In this document: in pieces, positions 1-8,185 of the stretch | Layout of the letters: every line of letters starts with the position of its first letter | Position numbering within the stretch: position 1 is the stretch's first letter | Virus record (IMG/VR): IMGVR_UViG_3300029893_000002 | Source of the DNA: a virus | Direction: 5' to 3' (one strand) | Length of the DNA: 31,664 bases | Notes under the pieces: model-generated | What the model was told of the DNA's origin: nothing | Databases searched by the model: none | The model's input: only the letters and a program-made list of their open reading frames with translations | Made by a program: the position numbers and the translations under genes

Positions 1-480
1 GAGCCGGTGCTCGGCGAGTACGTGTCCGAGGACGTGGACGCCGCCATCGGCGAGTACGTCCAGGACGGCGGCTACTTCGAGGCGGGCGTCAACCCGGCCG
101 ACCAGCGGTCGATCGACGGCATGATCGACGTCGCCGAGGCGCAGGCCGGCGTGGGCGCGAACGTCTACGAGGCGGCCGCGGGCGTCGGCCAGACGCTCAC
201 CAGGGACTACATGGTGAGCGGCCTCGGGGCGAGCGTCTACGAGGCGGCCGCCGGTCTCGGCGCCGGGCCCTGGCGCTCGCCGCAGATGGGAAGGCGCCTC
301 GCGCAGCGCGTCTTCCAGCGACGCGACCTCCCCGAGGTCAACACCGAGCTCGCCCCGCAGCCCATGAAGCGGATCCCGCAGGGCGAGGGGTCCATCGAGC
401 CGATCGCGCCGCGCGCGGCGCACGGCTACGGCTACGGGATCTTCGGAGCCAACCTCTTCGACTCGATGCTGAGCGGCTGA
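1..480 (+). CDS. 5'-truncated Gly/Ala/Tyr-rich repeat protein, candidate virion protein
   Basis: Frame is open from base 1 to TGA at 480. Internal repeats [LI]GEYV x2 and VYEAAAG[VL]G x2 (nt 163-189, 235-261). High-GC3 codons. Confidence 0.7.
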   Translation, partial: EPVLGEYVSEDVDAAIGEYVQDGGYFEAGVNPADQRSIDGMIDVAEAQAGVGANVYEAAAGVGQTLTRDYMVSGLGASVYEAAAGLGAGPWRSPQMGRRLAQRVFQRRDLPEVNTELAPQPMKRIPQGEGSIEPIAPRAAHGYGYGIFGANLFDSMLSG

Positions 481-485
481 GCTCG

Positions 486-655
486 GCCGCCTGACAACAC
501 GAACGTCTCCCGCGCTGCGATAGGGGACGCCCGAAAGACCCCTGCCCCTGGGGGTTTTCGACAGCGCGGGAGCGCCCCTCCGGGGGCGCGAACTCAGTCC
601 AGGGGTGAACGTCGGTCAGGGGCGCGGCGGGGGCTCTCTCCGGTCTGAGAGGGCC
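486..655 (+). promoter_or_regulatory. Structured intergenic region / 5' leader upstream of the candidate major capsid gene
   Basis: Perfect 11-bp stem 507-517/562-572; hairpins at about 532-560, 572-589 (GCGCCCC-TCCG-GGGGCGC) and 632-655; CCTGAC 490-495 can pair with GTCAGG 615-620. Confidence 0.5.
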
Positions 656-685
656 TGAGGTAGGCAGGAAGGAACGAGGCACGAC

Positions 686-1372
686 ATGCCCAAGATCGTC
701 GGAACTCGCGAGCGCATCCATCAGCCGTTCTACGACTCGCTGGTGCGGGTCGACGGCAGCACCGACCTTCGGGTCACGCCGGTCAACGGCTTCGGCGCGC
801 TGACGGCGCGCACGCAGCTGTTCGTCCGGCAGGGTGCGGACCAGTCCATCAGCAACCTCTCGACCGGCGGGTTCTTCCCGTCCGACCAGACCTTCGTGGT
901 CCTGGCGGTGCGGGTGTGGACCTACTTCCGGTTCAACCTCGAGGGCATCGCCAACGTGACGCCGGCGCAGGTCTCCGACCGCGTCATGCGGGTCCACAAG
1001 CTGTACCACCAGGCGGAGAACCAGCTCTTCTGGGAGCTGTCCGCCGGCGACAAGCCGCAGCTGGTGACCTTCACGGCGTACACGCCGTTCGCGGGCGGCC
1101 TCGACGGCTTCTTCGCGGACTCGCGTCTGCCGCGGGCGAACAACGGCGTGCCCACCTCGGCCGCGCTGATGCGGCTCGCCCGGCCCATCCTCATCCCGCC
1201 CCGCCAGGGCTTCAAGGTCATCGCGGTGGCCTCGGCCATCGGCGCGGGCGCGGGCACGTCCTTCATCGACCAGGTGAACGGCGTCGACGAGAACGGCGCC
1301 AACAACCCGGACGACATCACGAAGGACGTGAAGTACCTCATCGACGGCATCCACTCGCGCGACGTCCTCTAG
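686..1372 (+). CDS. Putative single-jelly-roll major capsid protein
   Basis: 228 aa, beta-strand-rich, purine-rich RBS, very biased codon usage. The pattern QPFYD..SNLxxGGxFPxxQTFVVxAVRV..NGVP..LARPILI..QGFKV..IDG resembles, from memory, jelly-roll capsid proteins of tailless prokaryotic proviruses. Fold unverified. Confidence 0.55.
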   Translation: MPKIVGTRERIHQPFYDSLVRVDGSTDLRVTPVNGFGALTARTQLFVRQGADQSISNLSTGGFFPSDQTFVVLAVRVWTYFRFNLEGIANVTPAQVSDRVMRVHKLYHQAENQLFWELSAGDKPQLVTFTAYTPFAGGLDGFFADSRLPRANNGVPTSAALMRLARPILIPPRQGFKVIAVASAIGAGAGTSFIDQVNGVDENGANNPDDITKDVKYLIDGIHSRDVL

Positions 1373-1402
1373 TCGCGCGCGCGGCCCCGTCACCACTACG
1401 CA

Positions 1403-1487
1403 CGCGCACGCGAGGGTGCGCGACAGGACGGCGGCCGTCGGGCTAGCGAGCTCGGCGGCCGCTTACCTGCCCCTGGATCCCAGGGGC
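1403..1487 (+). terminator. Hairpin cluster after the candidate capsid gene (terminator/attenuator or mRNA stabiliser)
   Basis: 14-bp stem 1431-1444/1449-1462 (two G-U pairs) followed only by TTA; further stems 1403-1422 and 1469-1487. Confidence 0.45.
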
Positions 1488-1553
1488 GGTGGCGCGGGAC
1501 TCGGAGGCTGCGAGGAGTAGCCGACGAGGACCGGGCCGAAAGGAGACTGACCG

Positions 1554-2444
1554 GTGAGCCAGCCCCAGAACCCGAACCAGGTCGTGCGCCAGCTGCGCGG
1601 TCGCATGGTGGCCCTCGAGGAGGCGCTCGCCGACCGCGACAACCAGCTCAAGCAGCACCAGCAGACGGTGCGCCGCCTCGAGAAGTGGATCGAGCGGGCG
1701 TCGAAGCGCATCAAGTACATCGAGGACATCCCGGGCAAGCGCGTCCCGTACTTCCTCAACTTCGAGATCGAGATCCCGCCGCAGGTGAACCAGGACGGCG
1801 CGGCCGTGACCGTCCGGGGGCAGACGTTCCACGACGTCCAGCCCATCAGCATGGACGGCCCGTTCATCTGCACGCAGTACCTCGCGGCCTTCCGGGCGAA
1901 GACCTACTCGCTCGGCCCGACGCAGACGCGCGCGAACGACCAGGCGGCGGGGACCGAGGTCTTCACGCCGCTCACCGGCCGCTTTCGCCCGATCGCCTCG
2001 ACGGCCGACCCGTTCTCGGGCGCCTACATCGGGCCGGCGATCGGCGGCCAGGCCGCGGCCGACGCGACGCTCGTCAACACGTTCCGGCCGGGCACGATCG
2101 ACTTCCTCTTCGAGGTCAAGGACGACGGCACGAACCGGCTTCGTCAGAACGACATCCGGACCCCGAGCCGGTACCTGTTCAGCGAGTTCGACCGGCCGCT
2201 GTACATGCCGGTGAGCGATTTCTTCGCGCGCGGCTCGTCGGTGCGCATCAACGTCTCGCCGACGCGCGAGCTCGGCCTGGTCGAGTTCAACTACGTCGCC
2301 TACAACGGCATCGCGCCGGGCGACGAGGCGCCGATGGATCCCGAGGCGTCGGACAACGGCCGCGTCGTCTTCGCCATCGGAGGCACGCTCACCTTCACGA
2401 TGCTGGGCTACAAGATCCTCCAGGCGCAGACGCCCGCGGTGTAG
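1554..2444 (+). CDS. Putative second/minor jelly-roll capsid protein with N-terminal coiled coil
   Basis: GTG start with AAAGGAG RBS. About 55-aa heptad helix, then a beta-rich domain (ISMDGPFIC..FEVKDDGTNRLRQN..RPLYMP..FARGSSVRINV..LTFTMLGYK). Confidence 0.5.
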   Translation: MSQPQNPNQVVRQLRGRMVALEEALADRDNQLKQHQQTVRRLEKWIERASKRIKYIEDIPGKRVPYFLNFEIEIPPQVNQDGAAVTVRGQTFHDVQPISMDGPFICTQYLAAFRAKTYSLGPTQTRANDQAAGTEVFTPLTGRFRPIASTADPFSGAYIGPAIGGQAAADATLVNTFRPGTIDFLFEVKDDGTNRLRQNDIRTPSRYLFSEFDRPLYMPVSDFFARGSSVRINVSPTRELGLVEFNYVAYNGIAPGDEAPMDPEASDNGRVVFAIGGTLTFTMLGYKILQAQTPAV

Positions 2445-2447
2445 TGC

Positions 2448-3161
2448 GTGCGGAGCCGTCCAGGAGCCATTCGTCCCCAGCACCCGACCCCGCTCATGCC
2501 GCGGGGCGGCGGCGGCCCGTCCTCCACGCCCGTCAGCATCACCAATGGCTACTTCGCGCGCCTTCCGCAGCGCGGCCACGTCTTCTTCCGCCGGTTCTTC
2601 GTCCAGTCGTTCCCGCGCCCGATCGTCAAGGATCCGCAGCAGCTCGGGCTCGGCGCGGACTTCACGCCGGGCACGCCTCGCACCTTCCGGCTGGCGCGCT
2701 TCGAGATCCCCAAAAACCAGGTGATCGTCTTTCGAGACGTCATCTTCACGGCGAGCCAGAAGGGCGGCATCGATCTGTCCGATCTGCGGCCGGTCGCGCC
2801 GCACCGGCTCGCGACGTACGTGTCCTACGAGTTCATGATCGGCGGCCAGTCCGGCGTGGACCTCGGATCGAACATCACGGGCGCCGGCGGCCTTCTCAAC
2901 CAGGATGCGGCGGCGGCAGGCAACCTCGCGACTGCGACGGTCGGCTCGGCGAGCGGCGCGGGTTCGGTCTACGCCTTCGGCGGCTCCATCGCCCGCGGGC
3001 TAGACCAGGACAACTTCGCGCTCTACGGATGGAGTGGCCAGCTCGTGGACGTCCGGTTCCACGTGCTCAGGCCGCCGCCGCTCGAGGTCGTGCGCATCAG
3101 CGTCGAGCTCAGTGGGTGGTTCATCGGCGCCGAGAAGCTCCGGCAACTCCTGGGGGACTGA
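2448..3161 (+). CDS. Beta-rich candidate structural protein (third jelly-roll-like/vertex protein)
   Basis: Directly follows 1554-2444; alternating hydrophobic strands ending ISVELSGWFI. Start could be ATG 2496. Confidence 0.45.
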   Translation: MRSRPGAIRPQHPTPLMPRGGGGPSSTPVSITNGYFARLPQRGHVFFRRFFVQSFPRPIVKDPQQLGLGADFTPGTPRTFRLARFEIPKNQVIVFRDVIFTASQKGGIDLSDLRPVAPHRLATYVSYEFMIGGQSGVDLGSNITGAGGLLNQDAAAAGNLATATVGSASGAGSVYAFGGSIARGLDQDNFALYGWSGQLVDVRFHVLRPPPLEVVRISVELSGWFIGAEKLRQLLGD

Positions 3162-3173
3162 TCAAGGGCCATG

Positions 3174-3307
3174 TTTCGCGCGTCTGAATGGGGGTCGGGG
3201 TCGAAAAAGAGGCAGTAAGTCCTCAAAAAAAATGCTCCGTAGGCACATGACCTCGGGCAGCCCTGAGAGCGTAGCGGCGGCTCCGGCCTCCATTCAGACG
3301 CGCGAGA
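3174..3307 (+). ncRNA. Candidate ~134-nt structured RNA closed by a 30-bp stem
   Basis: 3174-3203 pairs with 3278-3307: 25 Watson-Crick plus 5 G-U pairs, no true mismatch on + strand RNA. Internal hairpins 3209-3224 and 3252-3267; A-tracts in the loop. Confidence 0.6.
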
Positions 3308-3309
3308 AC

Positions 3310-3318
3310 TGGTAAGGT
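3310..3318 (+). promoter_or_regulatory. Candidate extended -10 promoter
   Basis: TGGTAAGGT (TGn-TAnnnT), 8 nt upstream of ATG 3327. Confidence 0.35.
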
Positions 3319-3326
3319 AGGACCCA

Positions 3327-4205
3327 ATGACCCAGGGGCGGCTCCGACGTGTGGACATCCAGCGACGGCGAGAAGGCCGTGCGATCGTGCTCTTGTACCC
3401 GAAGCGCCGGGTGCAGTGGCTCGAGCGCATCTACGGCCAGCCGCCGGGCGTCTTCGCGGTCGCGGCCGCCGAGGACGTCCCCTGGCCCGAGGAGCTGCAG
3501 CAGCTCGCGGCCGAGATCGGCTACGACCTCGACCGCCACCCCCTCAGGCGCCCGTTCATGGAGGCGGTCGTCGAGGCCGTCGCGGCCGACCACATGGTGC
3601 GGGCCGACGAGATCCTGACCGAGATGACGGGCACCGAGCTCGAGTGGTCCGATCCGGACCGAGTCCGAGCCGAACAGGACCACGTCCGGGCGCTCGGCAA
3701 GCTCGAGCGGGTGAAGGACGAGCTCCGGCGCGACCTCGAGCGGCGGCGGCGCCAGGCGGTCCCGTCGGGCGCCACCGATGACCTCGCCGAGGCCGAGGCC
3801 GCCCTCGCGCCCGCGCGCGCCGCCGGAACCGTCCCGCAGGGTTCGCGCCGGCAGCTCCTCGCCATCGGGCGCAGCCTGCTCGGCGGTGAGCCGGGCTGGT
3901 ACTACGGAAGCGACACGATGCTCTGCGATGCGCCGCGGGCCGAGGCCCTCGGGCGCGCGATGGCGGCGGCGGCCCGCACCGGCGCCCCCCAGCTGGTCCT
4001 GCACTGGGACGGAGAGTGGCCGGTCGTCGTGCGGCGCATCGACGGCCGCGGACGGATCACCTACCGGATCGAGGAGGAGCAGGTCGGTCCGATCGAGGAG
4101 GAGAAGCATGGCACGGCGGAAATGGAGCGCGCGGGACGAGCGGGAGACAGCGAAGAGGATCGGCACGACGCTGCGCCTGCGCCTGGGCCGGGAGTCGCTG
4201 GCTGA
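3327..4205 (+). CDS. Hypothetical protein (292 aa)
   Basis: Coding-like codon bias; no recognised family; 3' end overlaps the next gene. Confidence 0.7.
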   Translation: MTQGRLRRVDIQRRREGRAIVLLYPKRRVQWLERIYGQPPGVFAVAAAEDVPWPEELQQLAAEIGYDLDRHPLRRPFMEAVVEAVAADHMVRADEILTEMTGTELEWSDPDRVRAEQDHVRALGKLERVKDELRRDLERRRRQAVPSGATDDLAEAEAALAPARAAGTVPQGSRRQLLAIGRSLLGGEPGWYYGSDTMLCDAPRAEALGRAMAAAARTGAPQLVLHWDGEWPVVVRRIDGRGRITYRIEEEQVGPIEEEKHGTAEMERAGRAGDSEEDRHDAAPAPGPGVAG

Positions 4206-4635
4206 GCGCGTCCTGATCTGGCAGGCGGTGGAGCCGCTCACCGATCTGGCGGGCGACCGGTACGCCGGCGTTCGGCAGGACGGATTCTTCATGGGGCTCT
4301 TCGACAAGTCGGAGGCCGATGCGATCGGCGAACTGCTCTTCCGGTTCAACACGACGGTGGACGCGTTCGCGGAGGCGCTCGAGAAGGTCGAGGGCATCGA
4401 TCGCGAGAAGGCCGAGAAGATGGCCGAGGACAGCGTCATGATCGAGGCCACGAGCGGCTGGAGCGGCAATCCGCTCGCGATCCTCGTCTCGACCGAGGCG
4501 GGGATTCCGGATCCGTTCACCTACCCCGAGGCACAGGAGCTCTGGGACGCCGCGATGAAGGAGCTCAACAAGGAGTACAAGGCCTACTGGGACAGCATCA
4601 ACCCCGGCGTCCAGATCATCTACTTCGAGGACTAG
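4108..4635 (+). CDS. Hypothetical protein (175 aa)
   Basis: ATG 4108 after GAGGAGGAG RBS, in the frame of ORF 3778-4635. Basic N-terminus, acidic body. Confidence 0.75.
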   Translation: MARRKWSARDERETAKRIGTTLRLRLGRESLAERVLIWQAVEPLTDLAGDRYAGVRQDGFFMGLFDKSEADAIGELLFRFNTTVDAFAEALEKVEGIDREKAEKMAEDSVMIEATSGWSGNPLAILVSTEAGIPDPFTYPEAQELWDAAMKELNKEYKAYWDSINPGVQIIYFED

Positions 4636-4639
4636 CGAG

Positions 4640-4921
4640 ATGTCGTACCACCGCGTTCGCCCGCTCGGCGCCCCCCCGATCCCCAACTGGAGCCCGACCT
4701 TCGCGTTCGCGCAGTCGGTCGATCCGTACCTCTGGCGGGCGTCACCGCCGGGCGCGATCTTCGAGCCCTACGGCTGGCACGGCGCCATGAACGTCGGAAT
4801 GCCGATGCGCTACTCGAGGCACATCGACTACGTGCGGTCGCCGGCCGGCGTCTCGATGGTGCCGCACCGGGGCGGCGGTCTCGGCTCGCTCGCCGCCGCG
4901 GGCATCCTCGCGGTGCTGTAA
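4640..4921 (+). CDS. Small Pro/Gly/aromatic-rich protein with hydrophobic C-terminus (candidate virion protein)
   Basis: RPLGA near the N-terminus; GGGLGSLAAAGILAVL at the end. Confidence 0.65.
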   Translation: MSYHRVRPLGAPPIPNWSPTFAFAQSVDPYLWRASPPGAIFEPYGWHGAMNVGMPMRYSRHIDYVRSPAGVSMVPHRGGGLGSLAAAGILAVL

Positions 4922-4930
4922 GGAGATCCG

Positions 4931-5539
4931 GTGAGCCGAAAGCGACGCCGCAAGAAGCATCATCCCGGGGGATTCGACATCCTCGAGTCGTTGATCGATC
5001 ACGGCGTCGATCGCATGGCCGACCGGGTGCGCGACGTCATCGGTCATGTCTCCGAGCGCTTCGTCGACGAGGAGGAGATCGCGCAGGGCGCAGGCTACCC
5101 CTGCTCGTGGGTCGATCCGCACTCTGGCGTCCCGTGTCCCGGGCTCACGCGTCTCGTCTGTGCGTCGTGCCGAAAGCCGTTCTGCAACGAGCACTGGGAG
5201 TTCCGCAACCGGGACGAGTTCTGCATCTGCCGCCGCTGCACGGACTTCCTCTTCGCCGCTGGCCGAAAGGAGTTCAAGCGGATCCTCAAGCAGCGGGCCG
5301 CCCAGCGCCGGGCGCCGCCCGCGGGCCCGATGGGGCCGACGGGACCCGCGCCGTGGGAGATCCTCGGCGTTCAACCGGACGCGTCGGTGCAGGAGATCAA
5401 GCGCGCCTACCGGCAGCGGGCGTCCAAGGTCCACCCCGACATGGTCCCGGCCGAGGAGCGCGAGGCGGCGAGCGAGCAGTTCGTCGTCCTCACCAAGGCC
5501 TACGACGCGCTGATCGCCGCGGCACGCAAGGCTGGGTAG
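4931..5539 (+). CDS. Zn-finger plus C-terminal DnaJ (J-domain) protein
   Basis: PWEILGV..ASVQEIKRAYRQRASKVHPD..F..LTKAYDAL is a J-domain with HPD motif. Upstream CASC..FCNEH..CICRRC cluster. AAGGAG RBS. Confidence 0.88.
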   Translation: MSRKRRRKKHHPGGFDILESLIDHGVDRMADRVRDVIGHVSERFVDEEEIAQGAGYPCSWVDPHSGVPCPGLTRLVCASCRKPFCNEHWEFRNRDEFCICRRCTDFLFAAGRKEFKRILKQRAAQRRAPPAGPMGPTGPAPWEILGVQPDASVQEIKRAYRQRASKVHPDMVPAEEREAASEQFVVLTKAYDALIAAARKAG

Positions 5540-5572
5540 GGGGGCGTGGGGTTTCGGCGTAATGCGCCGCCA

Positions 5573-5581
5573 TGGTAGAGT
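5573..5581 (+). promoter_or_regulatory. Candidate extended -10 promoter
   Basis: TGGTAGAGT in the intergenic gap before the AGGAGGA RBS of the basic-protein gene. Confidence 0.4.
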
Positions 5582-5602
5582 TTTCGCTGAGAAGGAGGAG
5601 TC

Positions 5603-6187
5603 ATGGCAGGAGCCACCGGATACAAGATCGGCCGCGTCAGCGTGGTCGGCCGCGACAACGTGTCGGCGGCGCGGGTCGCCCACTACAAGCGCCCGATGAC
5701 GCCGGCCGAGGCCAGGGACGAGGTCAAGAAGAAGTCCCGCGGCAAGCACCGGTCGATCTACGTGGCACTCGCCCCCGATGGGCGCCTGGTGGGCGCCGCG
5801 GTGAACGGCCGCTCGTCCAAGGGCAAGCACGCCCGGGGCGCGGCCAAGCTCGTCCGCAAGAAGTTCGGGATGCGCAAGGTGCGCAGCTCGAAGCGTCGGA
5901 CGAGCCGCCGCAAGGGCTCGCGCCGGCGGACCTCGCGCCGCCGGACGAGCAAGCGGGTCGCGCACGCCCGTCGGCGGCGAACCAGCAAGCGGGGCTCGCG
6001 CCGGCGGACCTCGAAGCGACGGAGCTCGAAGCGAGGATCGAAGCGCCGATCGTCGAAGCGCCGGAGCTCGCGCAAGAGCACGAAGCGGAGCCGGGCGGCG
6101 AAGAAGGCCTGGCGCACGCGCAAGCGGCTCTACGGCAAGAAGGGGACCAAGCGCCGGACGAGCCGCCGTAGGTCTCGTCGCCGCTGA
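5603..6187 (+). CDS. Protamine/histone-H1-like Arg/Lys/Ser-rich DNA-condensing protein
   Basis: Strong RBS. C-terminal half is almost only R/K/S/T/G/A, with six RRTS and three RRSS motifs. Confidence 0.75.
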   Translation: MAGATGYKIGRVSVVGRDNVSAARVAHYKRPMTPAEARDEVKKKSRGKHRSIYVALAPDGRLVGAAVNGRSSKGKHARGAAKLVRKKFGMRKVRSSKRRTSRRKGSRRRTSRRRTSKRVAHARRRRTSKRGSRRRTSKRRSSKRGSKRRSSKRRSSRKSTKRSRAAKKAWRTRKRLYGKKGTKRRTSRRRSRRR

Positions 6188-6249
6188 GCGACTTCGGCTA
6201 CCATTCAGGGGTCCGCTGGGCGAACAGGGGCCGCCCGGCCGAGGAGACG

Positions 6250-6834
6250 ATGCCCAAGATCGTCGGATGGACGGAAGGGACACTAGGAGCGATGTACGCC
6301 ACACAGCTCGCGCCGTATCGGCCCCAGATCTATTCGGTCGGCTCGCGAACGCGCTACCGGCAGTACCCGGACTACACCGTCGCGCCGATTCCGGGCACGG
6401 GCTTTCGCAACCGCCAGCTGGTTTTCGCGCGCCAGCAGCTCCTTCTCGGCCTCGGCCGCCTCCCGACGCGCTGGCCACGGATCCGCGGCATCACCTCCCG
6501 CGGGGTCGTCGCGCCGACCGATCTCCGGCGCGGGGTCGTCGCCCCGACCGATCTGCGCCGCCGCGGCGGTCGCTACTCGGCCGGCCTCGGCGCGACGACG
6601 CGTGAGACGGTCCAGACCATCGCGGACGTGATCGCCAATCCCGAGCGTGCGCTCCAAACGCGGAGCGCGGCCATCGTGGCGGCGCTCGATCGGCACGTCG
6701 TTCAGCCGACGGTCGAGCGCGTGGGGAGCGCCATGGTGCCCTACGTGGTGAAGTACGTGCTCCCACCCTTCGCGCTCCTGCTCACCCTGACGGCGGTGGG
6801 CGCGTATTACGCGCACAAGGCCGCCAAGAAGTAG
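6250..6834 (+). CDS. Membrane-anchored candidate virion protein
   Basis: GAGGAG RBS; starts MPKIVG; LGLG and AGLG motifs; C-terminal TM helix followed by KAAKK. Confidence 0.7.
   Translation: MPKIVGWTEGTLGAMYATQLAPYRPQIYSVGSRTRYRQYPDYTVAPIPGTGFRNRQLVFARQQLLLGLGRLPTRWPRIRGITSRGVVAPTDLRRGVVAPTDLRRRGGRYSAGLGATTRETVQTIADVIANPERALQTRSAAIVAALDRHVVQPTVERVGSAMVPYVVKYVLPPFALLLTLTAVGAYYAHKAAKK
6499..6558 (+). repeat. In-frame 30-nt tandem duplication (RGVVAPTDLR x2)
   Basis: 6499-6528 vs 6529-6558 differ only at synonymous positions. Confidence 0.9.
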
Positions 6835-6868
6835 CAACGACGACGACCATTTCCCGGAGGCAGCGCGC

Positions 6869-7453
6869 GTGAGCATCAAGAAAACACCGGTCATTCGCCT
6901 GTCCGAAGAGCAGGCGGCCGCTGGCAAGCGGATGTGGAACCTCAGCGACGAGGTCGGCCGCCTCTCCGGCAGTTCGGTCGATCACGAGAGCGCGGCGCCC
7001 CGGACGTGGATCCGGTGGATCGACGGAAAGGGCTTCGAGCGGGCAGTCGTCGAGTGCGAGATCTACATCCAGCCCCGCTACTCCGATCACGAGGAGGCGG
7101 TCGGCGTCCTGCACGGCATGTGTCCATGCTGCGGAGAGGGGTTCATCGTCCGCGAGGACAACAAGACGATGACGCTCGATCACATCGAGTACCGCAAGGC
7201 GCCCGAGTGGCTCAGGGTCCACTACGCGTACGACCAGCGCGAGCGTGGGCGCCCCCAGATCAGCGACACGGACAAGATCCCCATCGTCAACAGCCCCGAG
7301 CGGTGGGCCTGCGACTACTGCAAGGAGTGGGTCGTCCGCATCATCGACAACGTCGCCTCCGACGATCACAGCGGCATCACCCGGATCACGGTGCCGCAGA
7401 GCGCGCTCGTCGGGACGCGCCGACCCGAAGGGGGCGGTCAGATCGACATCTGA
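6869..7453 (+). CDS. Hypothetical Zn-binding protein
   Basis: GGAGG RBS, GTG start; CPCC and CDYC pairs. Confidence 0.75.
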   Translation: MSIKKTPVIRLSEEQAAAGKRMWNLSDEVGRLSGSSVDHESAAPRTWIRWIDGKGFERAVVECEIYIQPRYSDHEEAVGVLHGMCPCCGEGFIVREDNKTMTLDHIEYRKAPEWLRVHYAYDQRERGRPQISDTDKIPIVNSPERWACDYCKEWVVRIIDNVASDDHSGITRITVPQSALVGTRRPEGGGQIDI

Positions 7454-7467
7454 GGAGGTGAGCGCGC

Positions 7468-7872
7468 ATGTACGGCAATCACGGCATGGGCATCTTCGGC
7501 AGTCACCTACCGGGCACCGAGCGCGCCCATGGGCGACACGCCCGAGCGCAGGCAACTCAGGTCGACTACCGCACCTCCGGCGTCTTCGGCTATGACGCGC
7601 CCCCGGGCTATGCGCTCGTCCCGCTCGGGCAGATCGAGCAGGCGGAGCTCGCGACGCGCCGCAAGCAGATCTGGACCGGCATCATCGTCGCTCTGGTCGC
7701 GGGTGCGATCATCTACCTTCTCGTCAAGAGCACGCAGCCGACGCCACAGCAGGTGGTCGGAAAGATGTCGACGGCCCGCATCGCCAAGAACCTCTACAAG
7801 CGGCTCGAGGCGAACGGCCGTGGGAGCGAGTCGGTCCGCCGGTCGCTCGCCCAGATGTCCAAGGAGGACTGA
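7468..7872 (+). CDS. Single-pass membrane protein, candidate virion membrane protein
   Basis: GAGGAGG RBS; GMGIFG, GVFG and PLG motifs precede TM IWTGIIVALVAGAIIYLLV. Confidence 0.75.
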   Translation: MYGNHGMGIFGSHLPGTERAHGRHARAQATQVDYRTSGVFGYDAPPGYALVPLGQIEQAELATRRKQIWTGIIVALVAGAIIYLLVKSTQPTPQQVVGKMSTARIAKNLYKRLEANGRGSESVRRSLAQMSKED

Positions 7873-7873
7873 G

Positions 7874-8185
7874 ATGGCGCGGTGTCCCTACTTTCTCGAC
7901 GTCTCGTGGCGCCCCGAGACCGTCGACGACGAGGACGAGCTCGTCGAGGCCCTCCAGGGCGCGGTGCGCAAGGCCTACGACAGCGAGGGCTACGGCGGCG
8001 GCATGAGCGCGATCGGGTTCGACTTCAAGTCGAAGCGACAGGCGGAGCATGCCGCTGAGCGCGTGATCACGTACTTCGAGCGCGCTGGTTTCGACGAGGA
8101 GGACTACGCCGTGCAGATCTTCCTCGACGACCGCGTGATCAGCTTCGGCTCGAGGCGCGGCGATCCGATTAGCCTCTCCTCATGA
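7874..8185 (+). CDS. Hypothetical acidic protein (103 aa)
   Basis: ATG 7874 after AAGGAGG; 3' part of ORF 7529-8185. Confidence 0.75.
   Translation: MARCPYFLDVSWRPETVDDEDELVEALQGAVRKAYDSEGYGGGMSAIGFDFKSKRQAEHAAERVITYFERAGFDEEDYAVQIFLDDRVISFGSRRGDPISLSS

Noticed and set aside
3034-3315. 93-aa ORF across the 3161-3327 gap
   Set aside because: Poor codon pattern and overlaps the upstream gene; the gap is better explained by the RNA stem.
5890-6187. Repetitive DNA resembling an array
   Set aside because: Degenerate in-frame coding repeats of the basic protein; no constant repeat with unique spacers, so not CRISPR.
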